Shown here: positions 51,743 through 63,951 of the stretch, piece by piece
Layout: every line of letters begins with the position of its first letter
How positions within the stretch are numbered: the first letter of the stretch is position 1
Source of the DNA: Chiloscyllium plagiosum
Taxonomy: Eukaryota
Assembly: GCF_004010195.1 (NCBI RefSeq)
Contig: NC_057755.1
Coordinates: 11,879,660 to 11,943,659 of the forward strand
Reading direction: 5' to 3'
Length of the DNA stretch: 64,000 bases
The notes under the pieces: generated by a model
Told to the model about the DNA's origin: nothing
The model's input: the letters and a program-made list of their open reading frames with translations, nothing else
Database searches by the model: none
Position numbers and translations under genes: made by a program

Positions 51743-52439
51743 ACTAAGATGTTGGACAAGGTTCCTCATGGTATCTAATTGACAAGGTTGGATCACATGG
51801 AGTACAGGGAAAACTAACTATTTGGATACAAAATTGGCTAGAAGGTAGGAGACAAAGAGTGATGGTGGACGGTTATTTTTCAGACTGGAGGCCTATGACC
51901 AGTGGTGTGCCACAAGGTTCAGTGCTGGGTCCACTGCTTTTTGTCATTTATATAAATGATTTTGATGTGAACATAGGAGGTATAGTTACTAAATTTGCAG
52001 ATGACACCAAAATTGGTGGTATATTGGACAGAAAAGAAGATTCCCTTAAAGTACAATGGGACCTTGATCAGATGGAAGGATGAGTGGTAGATGGACTTTG
52101 GGCTAGATAAATGTGAGGTGCTACATTTTGGTTGGGCAAATCAGGGCAGGACTTATAAACTTAATGGTAAGTCCTGGAGAGTGTTGCCGAACAAAGGGAC
52201 CTTGGAGTGCAGGTTCATAGTTCCTTGAAAGTGGAGTCTCAGGTAGATAGGATAATGAAGAAGGTATTTGGTATGCTTGCCTTTATCAGTCAGTTTGGAA
52301 TTGGAAGGTCATGTTGCAGCTCTACAGGACATTAGTTAGGTCATTTTTGGAACACACTGCATTCAATTATGGTCTCATTTTTATGGGAAAGACATTATGA
52401 AACTTGAAAGGGTTCAGAAAAAATTTTATACAATGCCTA

Positions 52440-52765
52440 CAGTGTGGAAACAGGTCATTTGGCCCAACAAATACACACTGATGCTCCAAAGAGTAACCCA
52501 CGCAGACCCATTCCCCTACCCTATTGCTCTACATTTCTCTTGACTAGTGCACCTAAGCTACACATCCCTGAACACTATGGGCAATTTAATATGCCAATTC
52601 ACCTAGTCCACACATGTTTGGATTGTAGGCAGAGCACTTGGAGTAAAGCCATGCAGATACAGGGAGAATGTGCAAACTCAACACAGTCGCGTTGGGCTAG
52701 AATTGAACCCAGGTCCCTGGTTCTGTGAGACAGTAGTGCTAACCACTGAGCCATCATGCTGCCCC
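52440..52765 (-). mobile_element. HE1-like SINE
   Basis: Reverse-complement head gtgctaaccactgagccatcatgctgccc. Confidence 0.8.
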
Positions 52766-52899
52766 AAAACAGTTACATCCATTTACACAGATGTTGCCAG
52801 GATTGGAGGGTTTGAATTATAGGGAGAGTCTAAATAGGCTGGGGCTTTTTTTCTCTGGAGCGTCAGAGACTGAGGGATGACCTTATTGAGCTTTATAAG

Positions 52900-54325
52900 T
52901 ATGAAACGAACTGGTAAGCTAGAGGAGATACTTGTTAGGAAGGAAAATGTATTGGCATTTTGAAAAACTTGAGGATAGACAAGTCCCCCAGGCCTGACGG
53001 GATATATCCTAGGATTATGTGGGAAGCAAAAGAGGAAATTGCAGAACCGTTGGCAATGATCTTTTCGTCTTCACTGTCAACGGAGGTGGTACCAGGGGAC
53101 TGGAGAGTGGCGAATGTTGTGCCCCTGTTCAAAAAAGGGAATAGGGATAACCCCGGGAATTACAGGCCAGTTAGTCTTACTTCGGTGGTAGGCAAAGTAA
53201 TGGAAAGGATACTGAGGGATNNNNNNNNNNNNNNNNNNNNNNNNNNNNNNNNNNNNNNNNNNNGGGAAATTTGGCCGGTTGGATAGAAAACTGGCTAACC
53301 GGTCGAAGTCAGAGAGTGGTGATAGATGGTAAATATTCAGTCTGGAGCCCAGTTACAAGTGGAGTTCCGCAGGGATCAGTTCTGGGTCCTTGCTGTTTGT
53401 AATTTTTATTAATGACTTGGATGAGGGAGTCGAAGGGTGGGTCAGTAAATTTGCAGATGATACGAAGATTGGTGGAGTTGTGGATAGTGAGGAGGGCTGT
53501 TGTCGGCTGCAAAGGCACTTAGATATGATGCAGAGCTGGGCTGAGGAGTGGCAGATGGAGTTCAATCCTGCCAAGTGTGAGGTTGTCCATTTTGGAAGGA
53601 TAAATAAGAATGCGGAATACAGGGTTAACGGTAGGGTTCTTAGTAAGGTGGAGGAGTAGAGGGATCTTGGGGTCTATGTTCATAGATCTTTGAAAGTAGC
53701 CACTCAGGTGGATAAAGCTTGTAAGGAGACCTATGGTGTATTAGCGTTCATTAGCAGAGGGATTGAATTCAAGAGTTGTGAGGTGATGTTGCAGCTGTAC
53801 AGGACCTTGGTTAGGCCACATTTGGAGTACTGTGTGTAGTTCTGGTCGCTTCATTTTAGGAAGGATGTGGAAGCTTTGGAGAGGGTGCAGAGGAGATTTA
53901 CCAGGATATTGCCTGGAATGGAGAATAGGTCGTATGAGGATAGGTTGAGAGTGCTAGGCCTTTTCTCATTGGAACGGAGAAGGATGAGGGGTGACTCGAT
54001 AAAGGTTTATAAGATGATCAGGGGAATAGATAGAGTAGACAGTCAGAGACTTTTTCCCCGGGTACAACAGAGTGTTACAAGGGGACATAAATTTAAGGTG
54101 AAGGGTGGAAGGTATAGGGGGGATGTCAGGGATAGGTTCTTTACCCAGAGAGTGGGGGGGGCATGGAATGCACAGCCTGTGGGAGTGGCAGAGTCAGAAT
54201 CATTGGTGACCTTTAAGCGGTACATGGATAGGTGCTTAAGCTAGGACAAATGTTCGGCACAACATCGTGGGCCGAAGGGCCTGTTCTGTGCTGTATTGTT
54301 CTATGGTCTATGTTCTATGTTCTAT
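52900..54325 (+). mobile_element. Young 5'-truncated CR1 spanning an assembly gap
   Basis: DKSPRPDGIYPR, NYRPVSL, KFADDTK; (ttctatg)n tail. Confidence 0.88.
53221..53263. other. Assembly gap (43 N)
   Basis: Run of N. Confidence 1.
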
Positions 54326-55768
54326 AATCATAAGGGACATGGATAGGGTGAATAGTCAAGGTCTTTTCCCTAGGATGGGGAAGTCTAAATCTAGAGGGCA
54401 TTAATCTAAGGTGAGTAGGTAAAGATTTAATCAGGACCTAAGGGGCAACTTTTTCATGCAGAAACTGGTGCTTGTATTGAATGACCAATCAGAGGAAGTG
54501 CTGGAGGTTTGTACAATTACAACATTTAAAAGGCATTTGGGTGGGTACATGAATAGGTTTAGAGAGATAAGGGCCAAATGCTGTCAAATGGGACTAGAAT
54601 AATTTAGGATACCTGGCTGGCATGGACGAGTTGGACCAAAGAGTCTTTCTTCGTGCTGTACATTCTATTGATTCTAACTGCTGACAGTGACTAGTTTCTT
54701 TGTTAAGCTATTACTTGTCCTGCACTCATTAAGATTTTAACCTGGAGTGCTGCTTCTAACTGTTGTTCCTTGCATGAATTCATGCACACTAACCCTCCGA
54801 AAAGCATCCCACCCAGACCCAAACCCCTACCCTACCCCTGTAACCCTGCATCTAACAATCATATAATTGATTAGTTTTGTATGACATAAGTTTATTTGAC
54901 TTCCTATGTAACACCAATTGTAAACACTCCAGAATGATGTCTAACTTCATCGTTCATGTGACTAACAACTAACTTGGGAGCAAATGAAGATTTTGGACTA
55001 AAGGGGCAGCCCCCTCATGGACATGAAATTTACTGAGTGATAGATTAATAATTAACAGATGTTTTTAAGACTTGAGACAGGTTCACAGTGGAGTTTCCCA
55101 GGGACTGATTTTGGGAGCTCTGATCTTCCTGCTATAATTATTGATCTAAACTTGGTGTGCCAGGCACAATGTCTAAGTTTGCAACTGACACTGAACTTGG
55201 AAATATTGTGAACTGTGAGGAAAATAGTCAAAAATTTCAAAAGGAAGTAGTCACGTTGGTGAACTAGGAGAAAATCGCAGATGCAATTTAATTCAGAGAA
55301 TTGTGAAGTGATTGTTTTGGTAGGAACAGCATGGAGTGACCATATACAATAAAAGATACAATTGTAAAGCAGATTCAGCAGCAGAGGAACATGATTGTAC
55401 ATAAAATCACTGAATGTTAAGGACAAGTTGACAGAGCAATGATTGGAGCATATTGGGCTTAATTGATAAGGATGTATACTACTTTCTTGCCCTCAAAATC
55501 TGAACCTTGTATAATTGGTTTGACCTCCAATCAAAGTATTGCATCCACTCTGGCTGCCATACTTTTGGAATGATATCAAGGCATTGAAGAGAGTACAAAA
55601 CATATTCATGACATTGATTCATGATTGAGGAACTTCAGTTATTGATTGGAGATGTGACAGAGTCCTATAAATTATGAGAAGTCTGGAAAGGGAGAAATTC
55701 TTCCTATTGGTGAAAGATCATTAATGAGAAGACACAGTATTAAGGTAACAGGCAAAAGTGAAACAAAG

Positions 55769-55986
55769 ATGGAAATGTGTTGCTGGAAAAGCGCAGCAGG
55801 TCAGGCAGCATCTAGGGAACAGGAGAATCGACGTTTCGGGCACTAGCCCTTCTTCAGTTCCTGAAGAAGGGCTAATGCCCGAAACGTCGATTCTCCTGTT
55901 CCCTAGATGCTGCCTGACCTGCTGCGCTTTTCCAGCAACACATTTCCATCTCTGATCTCCAGCATCTGCAGACCTCACTTTCTCCT
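55769..55986. mobile_element. Palindromic PLE-derived mini-element with hammerhead cores on both strands, 15-bp TSD
   Basis: 91-bp arms 55767-55857 and 55861-55951 (one mismatch), loop ttc; TSD aaaagtgaaacaaag at 55754-55768 and 55987-56001. Confidence 0.88.
55858..55891 (+). ncRNA. Minimal hammerhead ribozyme core (mirror core on the minus strand at ~55827-55860)
   Basis: ttc-CTGAAGA-a-gggc-taat-gccc-GAAA-cg-TC-gat; stem I is weak (2 bp). Confidence 0.7.
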
Positions 55987-56566
55987 AAAAGTGAAACAAA
56001 GGAAAATGTTATTTGATGTAACAATTTGTTAATGTTTGGAATGCATTCCCTGAAAATCAAGTGCAGGAAGGTTTAAACAAAGCATTTGAAAGAGAATGGG
56101 ATCATTGTCAGAAGAGGAAAAATGCAGAGAGAAAGAAGCAGAATTTGGGGATTGGCAGTAAATAAATTGTTCTTTTGCAAGGCGAACATAGACACAATGG
56201 CTTTCATTTGCACTGTCATTATCTGGTGCTGAGATGTCTCCTGGCTATTGTGAGAAATTTGGATATGCTGAATAAAGTTGTCTCACAGTTATTTTTGCTT
56301 TAACACAGTATTAACACAGTTACAGTACATTCATTTAATGTTTTAATGTAATGTTTCCTGCAGACTTCTGGTGCTGGCTGCATGCACTCAAGATCATTGC
56401 ACCATGCTTACACTTGCACACTCAGTCCTCCTGGCCTTCCTCCTGTTCTTGCCCCAGTCCCTGCCCTCAGTCTTTCTAAATCCCCTGCCCAGGTTCCCAC
56501 TCCCACCCTCCATTTTTACTTTTCTGGTATCCCCAGTCTCCATTTCTCTGTTGAACATGTGCAATA

Positions 56567-56768
56567 CAGATGGTCTCTGATTTACAAAATGCTTGTACTT
56601 AACACTGAGACCCCATACAAGAGTGTATTAATATTAATTTTAAAGGTCCAACATACAAGCATTACCTTGTACTAATGAATGGTCATTTTATATTATCCTG
56701 CATTGAGTTCTAACTTGAATTGACTTGTGAACAGACTCAGTATCTGTTCACAACTCAGGGACTGTCTG
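56567..56768. mobile_element. Possible old Tc1/mariner (pogo/Tigger-like) MITE
   Basis: TA on both sides; imperfect TIRs CAGATGGTCTCTGATTTACAAA versus CAGACAGTCCCTGAGTTGTGAA (reverse complement). Confidence 0.4.
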
Positions 56769-57617
56769 TACTGAAGACCCAGAAGCAAACATTGGTCAGT
56801 GAATGTATTTCTGCCTGTACTTACCAACCTCTACCACCAAAGTGAGGAGGTCGACTGGTAGAGTAAGATGTACTGACACAACAGTTGCAATTGTCACGCA
56901 CATAGGGAGTTAGTATGAACAAGATAACCAAATAAGACCCAATGTTGTGTCAGCAAAAGTAACAAGACCCAGCTATCAAGCAGGGGGTGGGGGGGGGTGG
57001 TGGTTGCACACCAACAGGCAGATGTGGTAAGCTGATTAGATTAGCAGCTGCACAGAGCAATATAACTGTCACATAAAAGGAGAGTAGCGACAGACTCAAC
57101 TGAACTGTATAAATTGTAATGTAACCTCCTGATCGAGGTGCCTACTTTGTGGTCACCCGGGCTTGCAAGAACGTATGAATAAAGATTGCTTCAGAATTTG
57201 ACTCGGACTGAAATATTCAACAGTGAGCTTCGTTTCTCACAACTGGGGGCTTGTATCCGGGATCCTGTCATCATCGGCGGAGTAGGCACTGTCGACGGCT
57301 GGGAAGACGCGACCCGTTCCCTTTTAGAATGGTCCTGTGTTTTTTGACAGTGTGTGCCCCTCCCGGTAGACTGACCAGAATCCTCAGGGAGTCATTCTGA
57401 ACCAGGAGAGAGTTAAGTGGTAATACTTGAACGGTAGGCACAGGGAGACGTTGAGCCAGGCAACTCCATGCATGGACCAAGGTAAGAAAATTTACTTTTT
57501 AGTACTGCCTTGGTGGTTGGGATTGAGTTCTCGTAGTTAAGAATGGACTAACGAAGGAACTCAATATGGGCTGTGCCGAGGGTAAAGAAAAAGCCTCTGG
57601 GGAGAAAAGAAATTGAT

Positions 57618-58015
57618 ATGGAGGTGGGGTCACTGACAACATGCCTCCAGAAGGTCCATTGGGCAGGATGTTGTGGAATTGGAAAAATAGTACTTGTACA
57701 AGGGGAAACATTAGGAAAAAGATGATTAAATATTGTTGCTTTGTATGGACCAAGGAATACATTCTTCGTCCTGCCGTCTTCTGGCCAAAGTACAGGTCGG
57801 ACAAAGACTGGGTTTGTATATATTTGAATTTATATGTCAACGGACAACAGTCAGGAGGAATCAGATTATGCTTCGCATCGGAAGGGCTAGTAGCTGAAGG
57901 GGTACTGAGGGTACACAATTATGGCCAGACATCCAGAAAAATATTCAAAAGATAGAGGGGGTGGAATGAGCAGCCTCTAGAGGAGTTGTTGTGGGAAGCT
58001 CAGAAAGTGTTTGTT
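57618..58015 (+). pseudogene. ERV gag remnant (matrix plus capsid C-terminal piece)
   Basis: PPEGPLGRMLWNW...KKMIKYCCFVW...WPKY; then WPDIQKNIQKIEGWNEQPLEELLWEAQKVF. Confidence 0.75.
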
Positions 58016-58020
58016 GTATG

Positions 58021-58052
<32 letters not shown>

Positions 58053-59199
58053 GAGAGAGAGAAAAATGAGCTGTATAGCTAATAGAAAATTTTACCCTTT
58101 GTGATTTGGTTTGAATGCACATTTGTTTGTTGGTGATTGAATGTTTGTGCTTTGTTCCCTGGAGCTTCAGATCCGGGACTGTTTTGAATCTGATTTCTAT
58201 TATGGAAATTTAACATGATTTCTTTGAAGGTTAAGGATTTTACAGTGATTATGAAATAAGATGTTAACTCCTGTTCTTTTTCCAGGTCATGACTGCCTTA
58301 CTATCAGTTTCTAACTAATCTCTTTTATCCTTACATAAAAGCCAACCTATTCGATTTCAAATCAGCTTAATACAGAGGAAAACAACATCATAACCTTTTT
58401 TTTGTGTTTTAGACTCATTTGTTGCCACTTAATTTTAAGATTGATGTGTTTCATTGGTGATTATGATGTGCCAGATGTAGCTTTATTCAGAAAATCCCCT
58501 CCCTCAATGACAATTGAAGTTTCAGTTTTAAAAAAATCCTATGGTTAAAATCTGTGACCTTAGATTCGGCCATTATTCATGCATTAGAAGTTTTTTTAAA
58601 CTTGAATAGACAAATCCTTTTAAGGCAGCTCCGGTTATTTCATGAACTATAGCATTGTAATTGAGCAATGACTGGTCAGGACTACTTAAGGAAACTAGTT
58701 TTGGATTTAAATTAAAGATTAAAACTGGGTAATTATAGTGAATTTCAAAGTTGGGAACTGTATGCATTTTGCATTTTAAATATTAAATACTGAATAAATC
58801 AATTTATAATATATAAATATATTTACAAGTAAGATTCCAAAATGTATAGTTAGGAACAGGCTTTAAAGTTAGACAAGCATAAATTGATAAATTGGTTAAA
58901 TAAGGTTAAAATGAAAATAAAGGCAAGGAGATCAACTACAGAATGATGCAACAAGAAGGATAACGCAGAAGAGTACAGTTTTTAAAATGTTTTAGTCACT
59001 TGTTGCGTTTCCACCCTGAATTACAGATGATTATTTTATTTATATAATATATAATTAATAATTAATATTTATAATAAATCAGTTGTATTAACCTGAATCA
59101 ATATTAATTGGCAGGATTGCTTCACACTCTCTCAGTGACCTGTCATATTGATTCATAGCAAATTTAAAACATGACAGTATTAATTGATTGTTAATTAAA

Positions 59200-61000
59200 G
59201 AATGGAAAGCTACATTACTGGCCGGAGCATGTGCGGGCAATGGCAGCAACAGCCTTATTGGTATAGGAGAGTCGGAAACTTACTTTTGGGGGAGCCTTAA
59301 TAGTCAGCACCCCACACCGGTATGGACCATACTAAATCAGAAAGCAGGACGATGGCTCACAGACTATAGGATTTTGAAATATGAGGCAACTTTAATAGAG
59401 AAGGATAACCTTGTGTTAGTCACAGACAGTTGCTTAAATCTAGCTGCATTCCTGTGGCGTGGAGAGGGGGAGGCCCCTGGTAATCCAGAACCCTGGTAAT
59501 CCAGCCTTGATATTATTGAATATCAGACGAAAGTGCGGATGGGCTTAAGGGATATCCCGCTGCATGCGGGAGCTCGGTTGTTTATCGACGGGTCCTCCCA
59601 GATGATTGAGGGTAAAAGGCACAATGGATATGCTGTAGTAGACAGGATAGAGGGAAGCGTTATCGAGACTGAAAGACTGCCTAATGTGGTCAGCCCAAAT
59701 TTGTGAACTCTGTGCCCAAGAAAGAGCTCTCAGAGCCTTAGAAGACAAGGAAGGAACAGTGTACACAGACTCCAAATATGCATTTGTAGTGGTACACACC
59801 TTCGGAAAATTTGGTAAGAAAGAGGACTAATAAGTAGTCGAGGAAAAGAACTAGCACATGAGGAATTGATAGAACGAGTACTAGAATCCCTGTTACTCCC
59901 GAGGGAAATAGCGATAGTTTATATAAATGGACATCAAAAGGGGAATGATCCGGAAGTAAGAGGAAATAGACTGGCCGATGAGGTAGCTAAAGAAGCGGCG
60001 CTGAATCCACAAGGAGCCGCAATATACTCCCTAATACCTGTAATTCCGGATCCTCAGGGTACCCCGATGTTTACTGCAAAGGAGGAAAAGGAACTAAAAG
60101 ACTTAAGGGTCGCAAAGACAGTGGTTGGGTGCTGGACATTACCCGACGGGAGGGAGATGTTGAATAAAATAATGATGCGAGAGATTATGGCTGTCCTACA
60201 TCAGGGGAGTCACTGGGGAATGCAAGTAATGTGTGATTTAGTCTTAAGGAAATATAGTTACAAAGGGATGTATATGGTAGCCAAACAGATATGTGAGGGA
60301 TGTATAAAATGCAGGAAAGTAAACAAGAAGGTGCTAAGGAAACAAGTCCCAGGAGGGAGAGAACCTGGGCTAAGACCATTCCACAGCATCCAGGTAGATT
60401 ATACCAAATTACCCAGAGTGGGAAGACTGAGATAAATGTTGGTAATAGTTGATCATTTATCTGGATGGGTGCAGGCATATTGTCTGGCCACTGCAACCAC
60501 AAGTGGGGTGTCCAAGATAATACTTGAACACATAGTTCCTAGATACGGGATAGTGGAGTGTATAGATTCAAATCAGGGAACTCTCTTTACTTCCAAGGTA
60601 CTCCAGGGATCAATGAATGGGTTGGGGATCTCCTGGGAGTTCCACACCCCTTGGCACCCACCCTCATCAGGAAAGATTGAGAGAATGAGCCAGATACTCA
60701 AGAGGCAGTTATCTAAATTAATAATAGAAACCAGATTCCCTTGGACTACGTGATTACCTATAGCCCTCTTGTGAGTACAGACGGCCCCAAGGAAAGATAT
60801 GGGGCTGTCCCCTTATGAGATATTGTTTGGCCTGCCCTACTTGGGAACAAATGGGGAATTGCCAATCCCAGAAACTAGAGATTTGTTCTTAAAGAAGTAT
60901 ATACAGGGCTTGTCCTCCTCTTTGTCTTTCCTCAGGAAACAAGGTTTATTGGTGCAGACTCCGTCCTTGAATTCACCGTTCATCCCAACCGGCCGGAAGT
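59200..61000 (+). pseudogene. ERV pol remnant: tether, RNase H and integrase (PR and RT absent)
   Basis: LFIDGSS, YTDSKYAF, GHQKG..GNRLADEVAKEAA; HQGSH..CEGCIKC, QVDY, DSNQG, HPPSSGKIERM. Confidence 0.88.
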
Positions 61001-61009
61001 GAGACAGGA

Positions 61010-61660
61010 AGGGCATGAAATGTATGATAGCCCTGTACCAGGATGAGACTGCATGGAATGATAGGAACTGTACCTCCCTATCTCTGATGTTCCCTCCCTT
61101 TGAGAAGAAAGACTTAAAAGCCGCAGTCGGAAATTACACGTCGTGTGTATGTAGACAAGGTACAAATCGGTCCAGAGACTTGGGGAAGCTGAAATTATGT
61201 ATAGAAATTGAGAATGTCACCGAAATGGACAAGGGAGGGAACTATTCAGCACTGAAGGTTCCCCGAGCGGATCTGTGGTGGTACTGTGGAGGCAAAATAT
61301 TGAGACCCACCCTGCCTCCAGATTGGAGAGGGATATGTGCAATTGTACAATAAGCAATCCCATTCACCTTGGCATTTGAAAAGGAGAAGATAGCAACAAA
61401 AAGGGGGAGGAGTAGAAAATCATTATTAGACTCCTCTTTTATCTAGACTCTATAGGAGTTCCTAGAGGGTTGCCGGATGAGTACAAGGCTCGTAACCAGA
61501 TTGCAGCAGGTTTTGAATCGGCTCTATTCTGGTGGGTAACAGTCAACAAGAATGTGGACTGGATAAACTATATTTTCTATAATCAGCAAAGATTCATCAA
61601 TTACACTAGGAATGCAGTCAAAGGCATAGCAGAACAGCTTGGGGCAACATATGAGAGAAA
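61010..61660 (+). pseudogene. ERV env remnant (SU end, cleavage site, TM N-terminus)
   Basis: DLWWYCGGKILRPTLPPDWRGICAIVQ; basic RSRK site; IGVPRGLPDEYKARNQIAAGFES...NVDWINYIFYNQQRFINYT. Confidence 0.82.
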
Positions 61661-62309
61661 TGCAGAAAACAATAATTATTAAAAAAAAGGGGGGGATTGT
61701 GAGAGGTGCTTGCGAAGGTTGTTGTTTCTGCAAAAATCACAAGGCTGAGTAATGAGGGGGAGTTGTATGTTAAGCTAGATATGCATGAACAAGTAGCTGC
61801 ATCTTGCTTCTGCAAAAATTGCAAGGCGGAATCACGAGGGTGTAGACCAAGAAATAACTAACCGAAAAGGGAGGTGGTCGACTGGTAGGGACAGATGTAT
61901 TGACATGACAGTTGCAATTGTCATGCACATAGGGAGTTAGTATGAACAAGATAACCAAATAAGACCCAGTGTTGTGTCAGCCAAAGTAATAAGACCCAGC
62001 TATCGGGGGTGGTTGCACACCAACAACAGGCCACAGACAGATGTGGTAAGCCAATTAGATTAGCAGCTGCACAGAGCAATACACCTATCAGATATGAAGT
62101 AAAAGGGGAGTGCTGAGAGACTCAACTGAACTGTATAAATTGTAATGTAACCGCCTGACCGAGGTGCCTACGTTGTGGTCACCCGGGCTTGCAAGAATGT
62201 ACAAATAAAGACTGCTTCAGAATTTGACTCAGACTGAAATTATTGAACAGTGAGCTTCGTTTCTCACAGTAGAGGTTACCTTATTTGTTAATGAATTATC
62301 CCGAAGAGT

Positions 62310-63345
62310 TATTCAGCATGGAAACAGACCCTTTGATCCAACTCATCTGCTCCAACCGAACATCCCAATCTGACCTAGTCACATTTGCCAGCACGTGGCC
62401 CATATCCCTCTAAACCCTTCCTATTTATATATCCACCTAGATGCCTTTCAAAAGTTGTAATTGTACCTACCTCCACCACTTCTTCTGAAAGCTTGTTCTG
62501 CATGAAAAAAATACTCCCAGGTCCTTTCTTTTTTTATTTTATTTTGTTAATCCCCACACTACCGCCTAAGTGCGGTAGTGCTTATTTTATATCTCCTGTT
62601 TATTTTTTTAATATATTATTTTTTTTAACCCCCACACTACCACCTAAGTGCGGTGGTGCTTATTTTCTCCCCAGCACCCATGGTGTGTGTGTGCAGGTGT
62701 GAGACACAGTGAGAGACACAAAGTGCACAAATCTTTATTCAAATTCCACCACCAGGAAGATAGAAAAACACCTGGGTGGCCAGTGACAAACACTGCCCTT
62801 CACATCAAAGGGCAGTGCTGTGTGATCAAAACAGTGAAGGGGAGGGTAGGGACTAAATCAAAATAGAGTTGGAGGGAGAAATGATGCACTCCATTCCCTG
62901 CGGTGCCCACCTCTCCCTGAACAACTCCAGGGTGTTGGTCGACACCGTGCGCTCCTTCTCCAAGGACCCCAGGTCCTTTCTAACTCATTTGCCTCTTAAC
63001 TTAAATTGATGCCCACTCATTTGGACTGCCCCACCCTCGAAAAAAGACTTTGGCTATTCACCCTAGCCATGCCCCTCATGATTTTATGAATCTCTGTAAG
63101 GTCACCTCTCAGCCTCCGATGCTCCAGGAAAAAAGCTCCAGCCTATTCGGCCCCTCCCTATAACTCAAACCGTCCAATCCCAGCAACATTCTTCTAAGTC
63201 TTTTGTGCACCCTCTCAAGTTTAACGAATTGTTTCCTATAGAAGGGTAACCAGAATTGTACACTAAATTCCAAAAGTGGATTCACCGATGTCTTGTACAG
63301 CAGCAAAATGACATCCCAACTCAGTGTTCTGACTAATTAAGGCAA
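62310..63345 (-). mobile_element. CR1 3' fragment
   Basis: ORF 63109-63306 LLEFSVQFW; reverse-complement 3' UTR at 62310-62500. Confidence 0.8.
62530..62967 (-). mobile_element. Tx1-clade LINE 3' end with 14-bp TSD
   Basis: Minus strand SLEKERTVSTNTLELFRERWAPQGMECII resembles a Tx1 ORF2 C-terminus; TSD cccaggtcctttct at 62516-62529 and 62968-62981; A-rich tail. Confidence 0.7.
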
Positions 63346-63769
63346 GACTGTTCAGTGTTTCGTTTGTACCTAATAGCTTTTGTATCTAGGGGTAATCTCC
63401 TTGTGTACATTTAAGGCTGAAATAGATTTTCGATCAGTAAGTGTATCAAGGGTTACTGGGAAAGAGCAACGGAATGGACGTGAGGAAGATGGATCGGATC
63501 AGACATAATCCTATTGAATGGTGGAGTAGGCTCAAGACTTATCCTGTTCCTATTTCTTATAGTGATTTATTTTGTTTTGTGACTTATTTCAGCTAAGAAT
63601 ACAGTATTACATATGTTCTGTACAATGTTTAACTATACATGGCTTTTTTCAATCAAAAACAATCTAGAAAAACCCAATTCAGGCTATTCACCCCATTTAT
63701 TTATATGGGAAATAATGGTGCGCTTAATGTTGAAATTTTACGAATTGCAACCCCAACTATTAAAGCGAG

Positions 63770-63951
63770 GACTTAAATGGGCTGAGGGATTGGAGCGAGC
63801 CTGCAGTACTGGAGTAAGCAGGAGAGGCGCTGTCTCTGGAGGCCTCCGCCTCGACGCCATATGTTGACGCTGCCACCGCCGCCCCCTCTTTCCGGCCGGT
63901 GCCGCTCCGCACGGTCACTGGGAGCCGCGTGTCCTGTTGTAGGTTCGAGAA
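63770..63951 (+). promoter_or_regulatory. CpG-rich promoter / 5' UTR of the next gene
   Basis: Abrupt rise in GC and CpG; cgccatatg (YY1-like), cctctttccgg (TCT/ETS-like). Confidence 0.6.

Larger units (their letters stand above)
48880..54680 (+). mobile_element. Older CR1 LINE (EN end to 3' UTR) hosting nested insertions
   Basis: RT motifs in ORFs 49948-50349 and 51859-52083; 3' UTR at 54330-54680. Confidence 0.8.
55050..56220 (+). mobile_element. Highly degraded CR1 3' half
   Basis: SGVSQG, SKFATDT and WNAFPE remnants. Confidence 0.55.
56844..62268 (+). mobile_element. Defective class I (gamma/epsilon-like) endogenous retrovirus
   Basis: 5' LTR (5'-truncated) 56844-57241; tRNA-Pro PBS tgggggcttgtatccgggat ~57244-57263; gag, pol and env remnants; PPT 61681-61696; 3' LTR 61698-62268 with TGTGAGA...TCTCACA termini, TATAAA and AATAAA. 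Confidence 0.92.

Noticed and set aside
56249..56288. tgtgaga...aataaa...tctcaca mini-element with the same termini as the ERV LTR
   Set aside because: Only 7-bp matches and no internal homology to the LTR; probably chance
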